From the NCBI GenBank assembly GCA_028534125.1, contig CM052816.1:70930001-70994000 (forward strand): DNA of 64,000 bases, written 5' to 3'. This stretch comes from Lama glama. Its lineage: Eukaryota. How positions within the stretch are numbered: the stretch's first letter is position 1; every line of letters starts with the position of its first letter. Below, piece after piece: positions 63,295-64,000 of this stretch. The position numbers and the translations under genes are program-made. Under the pieces are notes generated by a model, which was given only the letters and a program-made list of their open reading frames with translations, was not told the DNA's origin and searched no databases.

Positions 63295-63325
63295 ATATAT
63301 ATATATATATGTATGTATGTATATG

Positions 63326-63356
<31 letters not shown>

Positions 63357-63420
63357 TTGTATATGTATATATATATGTGTTTATATGTATATGTGTTTAC
63401 ATATACACACGCACACACAC
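63295..63420. repeat. Compound (TA)/(TG)/(CA) microsatellite inside the L1 endonuclease region
   Basis: Read directly; occupies the position of the NIYAPN codons. Confidence 0.9.
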
Positions 63421-64000
63421 ATCAGAGCACCCAAATATATGAAGCAAAGAATGATGGAACTGAAGGGAACAACATAACTCTTTACTATAAAACTCCTAGA
63501 ATAAATCATAGGGCAAACTTTCATGACATTGGTCTTGACAATGATTTCTTGGCTATAACACTAAAAGCACAGGCAACAAAGCGGATAAACAAATGGACCA
63601 CACCAAAGTAAAAAGCTAGGTGCACAGGAAAGGAACCACTCAGTACAATCAAAAGGCAACCTACAGAATGTGAGATAATATATTTAAACTATACACCTGG
63701 TAAGGGGTTCATATACAAAATTTATTAAGAACTCTTACACCTCAATGGTAAAAAATAGGTAAATAACCCAGTTTAAAAATGGGCAAAGGACTTGAATAGA
63801 CATTCCTTCAAAGAAAACATACAAATGGCTGAGAGGCATATGAAAATATGTTGGCATCACTAATATCAAGGAACTGCAAATCTAAATCACAATGAGGTAT
63901 CACCTTACTCTTGTTAAGATGCTTATTATCAAAAAATGAGAAAATAAGAAGTGTTGGCAAAAATGCGAAGAAATTGAAATACTTGTGCGCTGTTGCTGGG

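Larger units (their letters stand above)
61818..64000 (+). mobile_element. Old LINE-1 (L1M-type): ORF1 C-terminus, spacer, ORF2 endonuclease start, then ORF2 C-terminal region; runs off the window
   Basis: RHIIIKLPK...ISLSVDFSAET.QA...WDDI..V.KEK.CQP.ILY.AKLSFKN (ORF1); ...SIITLNVNGLN and AILISNNIDFKSKTVKRDKEGHYIMIKG (endonuclease); HDIGLDNDFLAIT.KAQATK (ORF2 C-terminal region); many stops and frameshifts. Confidence 0.9.

Noticed and set aside
1..64000. CRISPR array, operon or other prokaryote-type system
   Set aside because: The sequence is mammalian; there are no regularly spaced repeat-spacer units or gene-dense regions

Overview
AT-rich, CpG-depleted mammalian non-coding DNA, either a large intron or intergenic sequence. 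It is most likely camelid (Camelus/Vicugna/Lama-type), judging from a tRNA-derived SINE at 52.7 kb and a young cetartiodactyl-type LINE-1. I found no convincing host protein-coding exon; the only ORF-track entries with recognisable homology are broken LINE-1 ORF1/ORF2 fragments. The window is a patchwork of ancient repeats (MIR, L2, L1M, MaLR/ERVL LTRs, hAT MERs), microsatellites and a 500-N assembly gap. The clearest structures are: (1) a TSD-flanked, end-to-end L1 (36180-38025, minus strand) with a short 5'UTR and a placeholder gap through its middle; (2) an old L1 at the right end with a nested solo LTR and a large internal ORF2 deletion; (3) a 59-nt hairpin at 50.57 kb; (4) several motif-dense unique stretches that may be enhancers. 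Repeat family names come from remembered consensus sequences, not a database search, and most repeat boundaries are approximate. I did not find a novel multi-gene biological system.
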